From Geosiphon pyriformis uo1 (taxonomy: Eukaryota > Fungi > Glomeromycota), in the NCBI GenBank assembly GCA_016748015.1, contig JAAOMT010000258.1:684173-748172 (forward strand): 64,000 nt of DNA, given 5' to 3'. The notes beneath the pieces are model-generated. The model ran no database searches. It saw only the letters and a list, made by a program, of their open reading frames with translations, and was not told the origin of the DNA. The translations under genes and the position numbers were made by a program. Below, piece by piece: positions 50,575-64,000 of this stretch (its first letter is position 1; each line of letters begins with the position of its first letter).

Positions 50575-53500
50575 ATGAGCGGCAAAAATGTTGCTTCAAT
50601 TCATTATCCAAGTTGTCAAGTGAGCTGGTTAAATTTAGTTTATGCCGAAATCATTTCAGTTACAAGTGCCATGAGAAAGAATTCAAGGTGGTCGGGGGTG
50701 AGCATCAGTCGGCTAAACATGGGTGGACTTGGCATGAGCATGGGTTTACGAGGAAGAAGTGCGATCACAGAAGATTCTTATCAAAGCCAGGTATTAAACT
50801 AACTCATATAGAGGGCACACGAAACTCTCCATAACCTTTGAGCTTGCCTACCTCAAGTCAACAACCTTTACGTCTTTTAGGAGAGCCCTTTGATGACAGG
50901 TTTCTCTAACCTAAGAGTTCAATTATCTAATGTATCTGGTCTGTATAAGATAAATTAGTCGTATGATTGCATAAAAAAATTTATTGATCCCAGGTTTCTT
51001 TTTTCAGATGTTCGTGAAATTGATGCCCTTGCCTTACTGGAACCGTTTTTGGAGGTGATTCGTTCTGGAGATACAAATGGTCCAATAACAGCGACAGCCC
51101 TTAGTAGTGTAGAAAAATTTCTAACATATGAAATTATCAATATCAATTCGCCAAATATTTCAATTGCGATGTCTACCTTGTCATCCGCTGCTACACATTG
51201 TAAATTTGAACCAAGTGACTCGGTTTCGGATGAATTTGTACTTTTGAAGATTTTGCAAATATTACGATTGGCGTTGACCAGTGATGTTGGGCAGGTTTTG
51301 AGTGATGAAGCTTTATGCGAGATGATGGAAACAGGCTTGAGCATGTGCTGTCAAATGCGTTTAAGTGGTACGACCTCCGATTGTTGAATCGTTTACGGAA
51401 TCCTTTATTCTCCCATCCTTTTATTTGCTTAAAATCGATTTAGTTGAAACATCTCCCACCTATAAAGTGATCTGAATAAAATATTTTATATATATTTAGA
51501 GATGCTTCGTCGCTCTGCTGAACACACAATGATTGTCATGGTGCAATTCATGTTTCAAAGATATGATGATTATGAGAAGGGAAAAGATAAAGGTACAACT
51601 CTTGAAGCACTTTATAATCCCCATAAATTCCTCAAATGGGTAATTTTGAAGTGCTATTTTTAAGGTTTGCCTTGTTTAAATCTAATTTATATTCAGACAT
51701 AAAGACTTTCGGCCTTCCTTCAATAAAAGAATTGCTCCGCGTCCTAATTTCCTTACTTGATCCTCATAATCATAAGCATACCGATACTATGCGTCTAATG
51801 GCACTCAGCATTTTGAATGTGGCATTCGAAGTGGGTGGTCGAACTATGGGTCATTTTGAATCTTTGAGGAATCTTGTCGCAGATGAACTTTGTAAATTCT
51901 TATTTCAGGTGAAACATTGAGGGCTTAGCACTAAAATACCAAATATTTCTGTATTTTTGCGCTAATTTATACTAATACCATTCAAATGCTCTAGCTTGCA
52001 CGAACAGATAACATATTACTACTATTGCTCACTCTTCGTGTAATATCAACGGTTTTTGATACACTTCGCCCATACCTCAAACTTCAACAAGAATTATATT
52101 TATCTTTTCTTATTGAAAGATTGTGCCCGCCCACAAACAATTTTCGTAACTTAGAGATCAGCTTAGAATTTAACGGTTCTCTAGTCAGCATTGATTCCCC
52201 GCTTTCGTCAGGAATGTCGACCCCACTTCATGATAGAAATTTGCGTTCTAGTGGAGATTCTTCGATAGCGACGGGAGAAGCTCGAGAACTCTTATTAGAG
52301 TCTTTAGGGCAATTGGCTCGAATGTCCACTTTTATGGTTGATTTATGGGTGAATTATGATTGTAATTTATATTGTGGGGATTTATTTGAAGAAGTAGTCA
52401 AATTCTTAAGCTGGGTGAGTTTGATCTTCTGCAAGAACTTTTATCATTCATTTTCTAAATGCCATTATCGTTGATGTTTTAGAACTCCTTCCCTGATTCA
52501 ACAGGGTATTCCGCTAGCAACTCGCATATTCTTTGTCTTGATGCTCTCCTACTTTATGTAAACTATATGGCTGACCGCTTACAAACTGAGGTATTATCAG
52601 GCTCATCTACATTTCTATGAAAGATAAGTTTTTATAATGAGATTTCATTAATAGAAAATAGGGGAAGATTTCCTGACCTCTGAATTATCGTGGGATCCAT
52701 CATCTGCAACGGATTATAAATCTGAGTCCTCGGTAAGTAATTATTAACTGAATTTGATAGGCCTAAAGAAAAATTCTTTTCTAGAATTACCGTCGCCTTT
52801 TTTTTTTGGTTCGATTGACTTCTCATGGATCTCAATATTGACCACTTGCTCACACTTTAACTTTATTGGCTCTTACTTTTATTCACATATTGGATAATAA
52901 GAAATACCCTTCCCCCGTCGATCTTTTGGAGAAAAAGAAGAAAAAGCGAATTTTGATAGAGGGTGCTGCCAAATTTAACGAAAATCCTAAAGTTGGTCTG
53001 GAATTTCTCGAAGGTAAATGACGTGAAGAAATGAATCCTTTTGGTTTGTATCTTTGTCCCCTCTCTAACATGTGATTGGAAGTAGAATTTATTGAAACTT
53101 ACCGTGAATAATATCTAAACAGCAAACAAGATTATCTACAACGATCCTTCTATGGACAAAAGTACTAGTCTTGCATCCTTTCTTAAGGTCACTCCCCGCC
53201 TAAATAAAAACCTTTTAGGTGATTTTCTTTCGAAGCCTTCAAACATCGACATTCTCAAAGCCTTTGTGAAGCTTTTTAATTTCAATGGGGTATGTAACAC
53301 GGCTCAATCATCAAAAATTGTTACTTCAAATCAATTAAAATTCGAAGATCTTGTAGAAAAGAATTGATGAAGCTATGAGGGAAATGCTCGAATCATTTCG
53401 ATTGCCCGGCGAATCACAACAGATATCGAGGATAATGGAAAATTTTGCCGAGATCTATTTCGCATCTGGGCCACGTAAGTCTGATATTGAGAATTTTTTC

Positions 53501-56500
53501 GTATTGATTATTAAATTTCCTAATACTTTCAATATTTCACATCTAATTTAGCTGAGATCGCGACTCAAGATGCCACTTTCGTTTTGTCTTATTCTGTCAT
53601 TATGTTAAATACAGATCTACATAATCCTCAAGTCCGGGTAATAATTACATGATTATAATATTAATTCGCTTCTTTTCAAAACTAAAAAGTTTTGCATTAC
53701 TTAAAACAAGTTGTTTTGCAGCGTCGAATGACAATACAAGATTACATGAATAATCTTCGTAATGTAAATAATGGGGAAAACTTTGCTCCCGAATATTTGG
53801 TGCGTTAATATTAGTGGGACAAATATTTAAAGCAAAAGTTTTGTGCTTTTCTGTATTTGCTGATTTCCTGAAAATTCTTTTAGCAAGCCATATATGATGC
53901 TATTCGACAAAAAGAGATCGTGATGCCAGAAGAGCATGAAGGACAATTAGGTTTCAATTATGCTTGGAAGGAGCTCTTGCGTAGAGCCGAAACTTCCGGT
54001 AATTAGGTTTCATAGTTGGACTTATGGCCATGTATATCTCACAGCTCTATAATTACGCTAATCCCAAAATCTCTGAAATATAAGGTCCATTGGTCATCTG
54101 TAATGTTTCATTGTATGACAAAGACATGTTCACTGTTGTCTGGAAACCTTTAATTGCCGCTATCGCTTATGGTATCTTTAAAATTTTAGTTTGTTTTAAG
54201 GCAAATAACGTTGGTCTTGACAATATTCTTCGAATATATGCAGCATTCAACTCCGCTCCTGATGACACCATTCTTCAAAAAGCCATTACCGGATTCCACC
54301 AATGTGCTCTTATATCGGCACATTATAATTTACTAAATGTTTTCGATTATATCATTATGTCTCTTGGTAAAATGACTGGTTTACTTGATAGCCGATATTC
54401 GATTGAAACTGCAAATATTCCGGTTAAAGTTCAGGATATTGAGCTACCGGTTAGCAATCTAGCAATACAATTTGGAAGAAATTATAAAGGGCAACTCGCA
54501 GCTGTTGTATTGTTTGCTGTTGCTAATGAACATGGAAGTGTTCTTAGGGATGGCTGGAAATATGTATGTTTTTTTTTTAATGAGTTCTTTATATCTTTCA
54601 AATCACTGCTAACCCTTTATAATTCAGCTTTTGGAAATCATCAAAAATCTCTTCCTCAATTCTCTTCTGCCAAGTTCTATGTTGCAAGTAGAAGATTTTT
54701 TGGCTGGTACAACTACAATTCCCCTCAAGCCAAAAAGCGCGTCACTTCCAAAGCAGGAAAGAGCCAATGATAATTCTTTACTATCAACACTTTCTTCATA
54801 TCTGCTATCTCCTTATTCAAGCAATTATGAGTCTACCCGAAGTGACCCCACCGAGGAGGAGATTGAGTCAACATTATGCACAGTTGACTGTGTTGCAGTT
54901 TGTCGCTTAGAAGAATTATTTGCCGATATCAGGTCAGTATTCCAAATATTTTAACGTTCTAACCCTTCTTCATGCTGATATTAATCTTTAAATTTCAAAA
55001 AGGGTATTGGAACAAGAGTCTCTGGAAAATCTTATGAACTCACTTAAATTTATTGCCGATGGAAATTTAACCGGAGATGCTAAAACAACTCCACGTTCTT
55101 CAAGTCCCGTCTCTATAACTCAACCCAACGCTTCACAACCTTCATCTCATAGTAGCGCGATGATACCCTATGATCCTGCGGCCATCTTTTTCCTTGAACT
55201 AATGATTAATGTTACCTTGCAGAATCGGGATCGTATTCAAACCTTATGGTATTTCTCCATTCTTATAATTTAATTCTTCAAATTTCCAAATTTCAGGGAC
55301 CCTATTAACAAAATATTTGTTAATGCTACTTTTAAGGCCCATACTTTTTGAGCATATCTCACAGATATTAAAAGAATCCCAAAATCACAGCATTTTGTTG
55401 GTAGAAAGAACAGTGGTCGCCCTTTTGAGATTGTGTATTCGACTAACACACAAGGTAAGAAATGTAAGTTGATTGAAACTTGGTTTTCTTTCTTTGATCC
55501 GTTCTATCCTCTAGGATGAAATGGCTTCAGATGTTCTTAAATCATTGGAGCTTTTGAAAGCTTTGCCACTTGAAGTAATCAATTCAGTAGGGGAACAAAT
55601 GATGGCTGGAATATTAAACCTCATAAAAGCGGATGCCTCTTATATCAGGTAAAAGAATTTATTGATTAATAATTATAAATATTTTTTATTAACGGCAACT
55701 GAAATTTTATTAGAGGAAAAGCACTTTCGGAAACTATCTTTGCTCTCCTTAGTTCTACATCAAATCATCCTCAAGCATGTAAATATTCTTTTGATGCAGT
55801 CGCTTCTTTGGTGATCGAATACAAGAACATCAGTACTCATAATTTTAGTGAGTGCGTTGAGCTTCTGACAGATTTTGCCTCGGCGGCAACTTTAGTCGCA
55901 CAACGTGACAATTACCAAGATAATATAAAAAATCCGAGGATTCGTATAACAAAGACGTAAATAGCATTGAATTTTTTTTAACTATTATCCAAAACCAGGT
56001 GATTAATTAAATTGGAAATTTAGCCAATCCGCAGTGATTGAAAGGGCTCGTAAAGCTGTCGAGCTACTATACCATCTTTATAAGGAAATACCCAAATTGC
56101 TCAACGAGACTGAAACCTCATCACGTGAAGGTGAGTCCCGAGGAAACATTTTAACAGTATTGAAAATAGTCATTAAATTTTGATATTGGTAGCTTGGTCA
56201 ACATATTGGCTTCCGATTTTAACTGGCCTCAGTCAACAATCTTACAATCCTTGCCGTGAAGTCCGGCAATATGCCATAACTTATCTCCAGCGAGCACTCT
56301 TAGATCCAGAACTGGTATCACATGGCGTATCTGAATGGGTAGTCATATTCGACGTTGTTCTATTCCCCTTACTCGATCAACTTTTGAAGCCAGAAATTTT
56401 TGAAGCAGACCCTGTTGGTATGGAGGAAACTCGGATGAGAGCTTCGGCTTTATTATGCAGAATATTTCTGCATTATTTGAACAAACTGATCGAATGGGGT

Positions 56501-57095
56501 GGATTATTGTCATTATGGTGTCAAATATTAGATGTCATGGAACGGTATATGGATACGGGGGAAAATGATTCATTGGTAAATGAAGAATTTTGATCGTTTT
56601 CCTTTCTTATTTCTGCTTTATCTTAACTTCCTCTTCAAACGTTAGGCTGAGGCGATCTCAGAATCTCTCAAAAATATGCTTTTGGTGATGTCTACTTCGG
56701 GCGTTCTCAATCTTCCAGCTCCACCAACATCACCCTTGCCGGAAATATCTGACGAGGTCAAGGGCATTGGCCGTACACCTATTGATTTGTGGGATATAAC
56801 ATGGACTAAAATAGGAAAATTTCTTCCTAAGCTTAAAGAAGAATTATTCCCAACAGTTTCCTCATCGATGACATCAGCTGAGGCAATCCCCAACGAATCA
56901 GCGTCTGGTTCTCAAGCTCAGTCAGGGTTTGAAATTATTGATCGGGATGCGTCTGAAAACTCTAATAATGCCTTGACCCTTCCCCTTCAACCAGTCAATA
57001 TTGTGGCTAAATTCGAAAACTCGACTGCAGGACAATTGCATGATGGTGGTTCTAGTACGAGCACTAGTGTATCAGATGATGTAATCATCGTTTAG
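50575..57095 (+). CDS. GBF1: Large Sec7-domain ARF guanine-nucleotide exchange factor, GBF1/Gea1/2 subfamily; many exons
   Basis: DCB region ([46 protein letters not shown]), HUS box (VDLWVNYDC), Sec7 ([38 protein letters not shown]), and C-terminal HDS blocks ([49 protein letters not shown]). Confidence 0.95.
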
Positions 57096-57659
57096 TTCTA
57101 CCTTACTATGCTAATGCCCAATATAAAATTTTCATGCAAATTTTCTATGCTGAAAATATTCTTGTGATTATGTTTATTAATTTCAGGAGGTATTGGTTAA
57201 ATTCTGTATCTTGTAGAAAATTTTGAAATATTTCTCATTATCTACGAAAATGTTGTTATTTAGTTTCTTATTAATTTATTAATTGTATTAGTTTATCTTT
57301 TTTTTGACAAACAAAAATATGTAAAATTTAAATTTAAAATATTAAAACCCAAATTGTTAAAACTTTTCAATTTTAATTAAAATATAATTTGATATTTTTA
57401 AATTCTTAATTATTTTGTTTTATTCACGTTTGTGGATCTAAATCTTATTATCTTGAGCAAATCTAGTTGACATTTATATTATACACTTGTCGCCCTCATT
57501 TACATAGTAGAAACTATTATTTCCCACAGTATGCCAAAAGCAAAATATATAGAACCACACAGAAGCTCGCTTATTTGTCATTAATTGAACCTCGAATGTT
57601 ACAATATTTCCCTTTGTAATTGATAAATACTTAGATTAAAAGTGATAGAATCTATATTT

Positions 57660-57952
57660 CTACGTATTAAAAGAATCGTGATTCCACCAGTTCTTCAAGT
57701 TTTCAGACTTCAGCGCCTTCACTCCATTAGCCTCATAAGATAATATCCCTAAATGTGCACATAGTTAGAAAATTGTCGAGATCGAATCATACGGATAAAA
57801 CGAACATACCACATAGGACGATACCAACTCGAAAACGCCCATATAATCTCCTATGGAAGATAAAGCGAAAGGAAAAAAGGCGCTTCGTACGTCGACTATC
57901 TTACATATTTGCGGCCTGAAGAGTGACGTTTCTAATAATGTAAGCCGATCTT
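57660..57952 (-). other. Small spliced orphan ORF or 3' remnant of a gene
   Basis: GC-normal patch with two canonical-looking introns (GTAAGA...ATAG; GTATGT...CTAAC...TTAG). The pieces join in frame as ...AANMRLYGRFRVGIVLCGILSYEANGVKALKSENLKNWWNHDSFNT*. Confidence 0.3.
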
Positions 57953-58099
57953 CTAAAAAAATAAAAAATTTATTAATTTTCAAAATAGATTTTATTTTGT
58001 TGATTTGTAATAATTAATTAATTAATATTATAAATCTAAGATAAGATTTGATTTTTTAAGCGATATATTTTTCAAAAAAAAGTTCTTTTTTATATAATT

Positions 58100-58410
58100 T
58101 GTTGTAACATCTAACTTTTTTTCTTTTTTTCTATTATTTTGACAAATTAAATATATGTTTTAGCAAACTACAAGTTATTTTAGCAAACTATTAAATATTT
58201 TGGTAGACTGTTAAACATTTTGGCAAATTTCTAAATATTATATAATTTAAAATATTGTTTAATCTAATTATTACATTTAGATATATTTATGTATTATAAA
58301 AATTAGATGATTAATTAAATAATAATAATTGATAATTTGACTAAATAATAAATAATAAAATAAAAACAATATTATATGCTAATTAATAATAGGAGTTAGA
58401 AGAATAATTT
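58100..58410 (-). repeat. Partial copy of the ~990-bp LTR family
   Basis: ttagcaaactacaagttattttagcaaacta...gataatttgactaaataata...ttatatgctaattaat aligns with 4480-4750 in the same orientation. Confidence 0.6.
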
Positions 58411-59959
58411 TATACTAATTAATAATTCTATTTTTGTTTAATAATATAATTTTTTCTTTAAGATTAAAATCCAAGTACTGTCTGTAATTTCTAAATAATA
58501 ATTCAAAATTATTGAAGTATTTATTTGAAAATTGTTAAAATTTCAGTTTTATAAGCTTTTTAATATATTAAATCTTCAATAGTTATAGTACTGAATTTTG
58601 TAAAATATTTTTACAAATATTAAAGAAGTCATAAAATTCAAAAACTGCTTTAATTTTATAATGAGTATTTATTAATCCAATTGCTGTTTTAAATTCATTT
58701 TATCCGTAAATAAGAATATATTCATTATTTTATTTACTAAAACACTATTAAAGTTTCTATTAAATTGTAATATTCGATAAAATATTAATAGAAAAAAACA
58801 TTTGTCTTTTTTTAAAACTTGCTTCAAAAATTATGTTAAGTAAATTTCAGAATAACTTTTTGTGTTTTTTTTAAACGTAATAATTTACTATTAGAGTTGT
58901 TGTTTTTTTGAATATAATTAGTTTAACATTCAATAATTGTTATAAATAAGTTAAAGAGTATTTTTAATACTAACATTAATTTTTGAAATATTTGTTAAAT
59001 CTTTTGAAAAATAATTATTAAAAAAATTTTAAAAGAAATAACAAAAATTATTTTTAATATGTGTAAGTTTTATATATTTTTATTTCAAGAATTTTTTTGA
59101 TTATTTGATTATTTTTGTTTAAGGTTTCAATTATTTTTTGTTAAATAAATAAAAAATAATATAAATTATAATTAAGTATTAAGATTTGAGTACAATTTAT
59201 TAACAATTATTGGTTTAAAGTTTTAAAAAATATTTTTGGAATTAATTAAAAAAAATTGTATTTCAATTTATAAAATTAATAATTTAAGATTGGTTTTTAA
59301 ATAATAGTATTTTAGTTTATTATTATAAAGTCTTAACTTGTATATTCTATTGCTTAAAACATAGTATATATAAAATAATTTTTTATATTTATAATTTTTT
59401 ATTATATTGTTTTTTAGTTTTAGTTTTATATAAAAAACTTTATTTTTAACTTTAATTTTTAAATAACTAATTAATAAATAAGATTTATCTATTATTTAGT
59501 ATAATATAATAATAAAATATTTTAAATTAAATACAAATTATGTATTTGTTGTATATAATCTGCTACTTGAATCAATTAAAACAACATTATAAATTTATTA
59601 AAACTCTTATACTATTGCTTATATTAGAATAAAATAAACACAATAAACATGTACTAAAAATAATTTTATATATTTTATAAATACCAAGCATACAAATAAT
59701 TTTATCTAACAACAAAATAAACAAACCAGAAATTAGGAAAAAAACAGAGCTATTTAATACCAAAATTTTTTTTTTAAGTATTATTTTATGTTTAAATCTA
59801 ATTAATTATAATTATTACAATAATCAGCAATTATATTATAAACAAAATTAATTATTCTGATTATAATCATCTTATTACTATTAAAAATCAAACATATTTT
59901 AATTAACCAATTTTTAAAACCAACTTTTTTATAAATAGCCTATATATAATATTTTAAAT

Positions 59960-60520
59960 TATGTAATATTTAAAAATTCGCCAAATATTTAATAATTTAC
60001 TAAAATAATTTATAGTTTGTTAAAATATTAACAAAAAAAATATTAAATTATAAAATAAAACTATAATGAGTTGTATAAAAAAATATTTTAACTTAAATTT
60101 ATTACAAAAATTAATTAATTATAACAAATTAACAAAATAAAATTTATGTTTTGAAGAACCAAATTTTTTATAATTATTATTGCTTTAAAATTCACAAATT
60201 TTAACTAAAATTTAAAATTAATTAGCAACAAATTTCAGTAATTATTTAGTTAATTCCAAATTTAAACCAAACACATTTTTTTAGCATTTTTTTATTATTT
60301 ATTATTTTTTATATTATTAAATAACTTATAGTTAAGATTATTTGTAAAAAAGTTAACTTTATTATAAAATAATTATAAACATTAAAATAGTTTATAATTA
60401 AAAATTTTTGTAAAAAGTTTACTCCTATTGCAAAGTAACTATATAAATAATTGATATAAAATTGGCTATTTTATTTTAAATCTAATAACACAAATTATTT
60501 AAAGTATAAAATAATACTTT
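59960..60520 (+). repeat. Partial copy of the ~990-bp LTR family
   Basis: aataatttactaaaataatttatagtttg...aaagtaactatataaataattgatataaaattggctattttatt aligns with 15150-15780. Confidence 0.65.
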
Positions 60521-63500
60521 AAAAATATATTTTTTAAAATTAATTTTATGTTTTAGTTTTATATCTTTTATTAAATTTTTTAATATTGTAATTTTAATAT
60601 TAATTTACAATTAGTTAATTTAATAATAAAATAATAACAAAAATAAAAAAATAAAATAAAATAAATAAATAAATAAATTAGTATATTAATAATAATTATA
60701 ATTAAAAGCTTTTAATTTAATATATTAAAATTATAAATTTCTGTTTTTGGCATTGATTGTTTTAAATAAATAGTATAAATAAATTAAATAATTTAATAAT
60801 AATAAAAATAATTTATAAATTTGTTTTAATTTAATTAATAAATTTTTATTTTGGTAATTATATATTTAAGTTTTAAAAATATTAAGTAAAATCTAAAAAC
60901 ATGAGTCACACTTAATGTAAAATCTTGTACAATTTTATAATTTTTGGTAGTGGTTGGACTGCATTCATAAAACATGTAAAAAAAAATCTAAGTTAAGTTA
61001 ATTAGTTTATATATATATTATTATTAACTATTTTATATTTAAAATTAATTATTAATATAATTATTAATTTATTTGTTTATTAGCTTAATTATTAACTTAA
61101 TTATTGACTTTTTTTATTAAGTTTTAATAAAATATATCAAAACTTTATTTAATACAATATGTCATAAGATATAATTTAAATTAGATATGTTTTATATATT
61201 TTATATACATAATTAATTATTTGAATTAGTTAAAACATTAATTAAGCTGAATCAAAAAAAATCAAAAATAAATTTAATCTATTAAGTTTCTTAATAATAT
61301 TATTTAAATTTTAAGTATTAAAAATAAAATTATTAAAAAATAATTTAATTTTCTTAATATTATTTTTAATATCGAAATCACATATTTATTATAAAGCAAC
61401 TATATAATTATATTTTTTTTTATTCAAAATAAGTGTTTTGACAATATTAAGTTTATTTTATTTATATTATTAAACTCAATTTTAGTTTTAAAATAAATAA
61501 AGTTCTTAAACATGCTAATTAAAAAAATAATAAGTTTTTGAAAATATTAACTATAATAAGCAAGTTTTTTTTTACTTTGTAACTTTTGTATATATTTTTA
61601 GATAAAAAAAATAACCAAATAACTAAAAAACTAATATGTTTAATAATAAATTTTATTAAATCAGTTAATTTCTTAATTTATAACTCCAAAAAAATCAATT
61701 TAAAATTAAATTTGGAATTAACAACAGAAGTGGTTAAAAAAATTACATAAAAACAAATCAAAAAAACAGAAGTTTTAACATAAAATTTCCTACTAATAAC
61801 AAATAAAAGTAATTGCTATTATTTTTTTGAGTTTTTAATTTTTTTGGCTATTTATAAAGTAATAATAATATTAATAATAAGAGCAAAAAAAATTAATTTA
61901 TTTAATGGCTAGTTATTAAAAACTTTAAGACTTTTAAAAAATATAAAATTAATTCTAAAATTAATTTGAATATGTTTTTTAAAAAACTTTGATTAAAGAA
62001 AAATTACCAATTAAAAATGAAAAAATATTTTAAAAGCTATCAAAAACAGCTTTTTACTATTAGTATTTAAAAAAATATAGCCAAAATATTTTGCTTAACT
62101 GTTTTAAAAAAAAAATCTTCTTTTATTGAAACTTTATTAGTTATTATAAGAAAAGTAATTAATTAAAACATAAAATTATATTAGTATATTATTTTTTTAT
62201 TTTTAAATTATTTTTTATTTTTTAAAAAAAATAATAACTAAAATATTTATAAGATTAATTTTACATATTAAATTTTTATTAATTTGATTTATTTATTTAG
62301 GTTAAATTATTCTTTAATTGTTTTTCTGTTTTTTATTAGTGTATTATTTTAAATATATATATAATTAAATATTAAGGTTGAATTATATAAATAAAATAAA
62401 TAAATAATATAATATAATATTAATTTAAAAATACTTATGTAATTTTTTATAAAAAATAATAATTTTAATAATATAATTTAATTTTTAAAAATTAATTGTT
62501 AAAAATATGTATTATAATAAAAAATTAACTTTTATATTAATAATTTATATATTATATATATTTAATTTTTTTGTTGTTTTAATATTAAATTAAGTATATA
62601 TTTGCAATTTTGTTGTAATAAACTATTTTATAATTTTATAATTAAAATTTTTGTATTATTTTTTTAAAATTATATTTAATTATTAAATAATTATAAACAA
62701 AAACAACATTAAAATTTAAAAAAAAACTTAAAATATAAAATAGTGATAATACAAATAAATAATTAAAATTTTTTTAATGTTGTTTTAAATATAATATATA
62801 GTTTTTTATCTTAATTAATTAAATAGTTTTTTTGTAATAATTATAAATCTTAAAACAATATCTTAAAATTAAATAATTAAAACAATAAATAATAATATTA
62901 GTTATATATATTAATTTTACTATAAACAAATATACAAATACTTATTAAAAAAGTTTTTTATAGTCAATTTATAAAAAGCTTTTTTAAATTAAGCAAAATT
63001 TTTTACTGTTGTTTACAGAATTTAATTTTATATACAATATTTAAAAAATTATTAATCCAAAAATAAAGTATTTTATAATTTTTTTTAAATTATATATATT
63101 TTTATATTTAATTTATTTAAATTATCTAAATTTTTACTTAAATTTATTTATTTATTAATTTAAACTATTTAAAAATTACATAAATTTAATAAAATTTTAA
63201 ATTTTTATAACTTAAAAACTAATATATTAAATAATTTTTTTTTAATTATTAATGTTATTATAAGTGCTAAAATTTAAAATACTTAACTTTAATTTATAAA
63301 CCCATTTTTTTGGACTTTTTAAATTATTTTTTAAAATGTTTAACTTAAAAAATATTAATTTAAATTAATTTTGTTATATATATGTATATTACTAATAAAT
63401 TTATTGTATTATTTATAGTTATTAATAAATATAATACAAAGACAAAAAAGATTTTTGTTTTTAATTATAACTAATTTGGTTAACTTTATAATATAGTTTA

Positions 63501-63900
63501 TACAAAAATTAATACAATTACATATTAAACTTATAAAATTATAATTATAATTGGCCAAATTTATAATTATTATTTTTAAATTCAAAACTTTGAAAAATTA
63601 TTATATATTAATAAAAAACTTGTGATAATAAGTACTGTTTTAAGTATTAAAAATTTAAATTACTTTTTTTGGTTTAAATAAAAGTTTTATTTAGTTTATT
63701 GTATCTTGTTCAAATGTGTTCAAGCCTAATAAAAAAATTAATTTTTAGAAAAACAAATTCAAGGTATGGTTTTGGTTGCAATTGACTAATCATTTAAAAA
63801 AATCTGTAAAATTGTAACAAATTACAAAATTTAATCATCTTATGTATCTTTTAGCAAATTTTTTTTTTGCTACAAATCATTTTGGCAGAAGCAAATTAAT
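60520..63900. mobile_element. Extremely AT-rich decayed retroelement sequence, not resolved to families
   Basis: Very low GC, almost no CpG, no ORFs >60 aa. Same texture as the identified relics and adjacent to an LTR copy. Confidence 0.4.
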
Positions 63901-64000
63901 TACTTAGTTTGTTAAAACAAGGTCTTTATAATGTTTCGTTGGAGGTTCAAATCGGATAGCAGTGATTATCCTTGCCTTGGGATTATGTTTACGCTGTTCG

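Overview
Eukaryotic (fungal) genomic DNA with short spliceosomal introns. Gene content (plant/bacterial-type leuA, ZRANB2, Sel1 and REase-fold families) and the retroelement types point to an early-diverging fungus, most likely Glomeromycotina; this taxonomy is inferred, not proven. The window alternates between extremely AT-rich blocks and gene islands. The AT-rich blocks (1-17.2 kb, ~21.3-22.9 kb, ~26.5-34 kb, ~58-64 kb) are largely Ty3/gypsy and LINE relics eroded by C>T/G>A transitions, with nested insertions and one young 5'-truncated LINE with poly(A) tail and TSD. The gene islands encode 2-isopropylmalate synthase, Elongin A, ZRANB2, an intact 11-exon PD-(D/E)xK nuclease-fold protein, ArfGAP, a PB1-like protein, tRNA-Ser(AGA), mitochondrial L7/L12, RhoGDI and the GBF1/Gea ArfGEF. 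The best novelty candidate is the nuclease-fold gene at 38069-40743. Its two oversized introns each hold a compact structured RNA. Intron 2 has two tandem three-way-junction modules displaying four identical GUUGUCGGU loops, with compensatory base changes between modules, and the same 9-mer recurs across the intron 3/exon 4 acceptor. All exon structures and folds were derived by eye and need computational confirmation.
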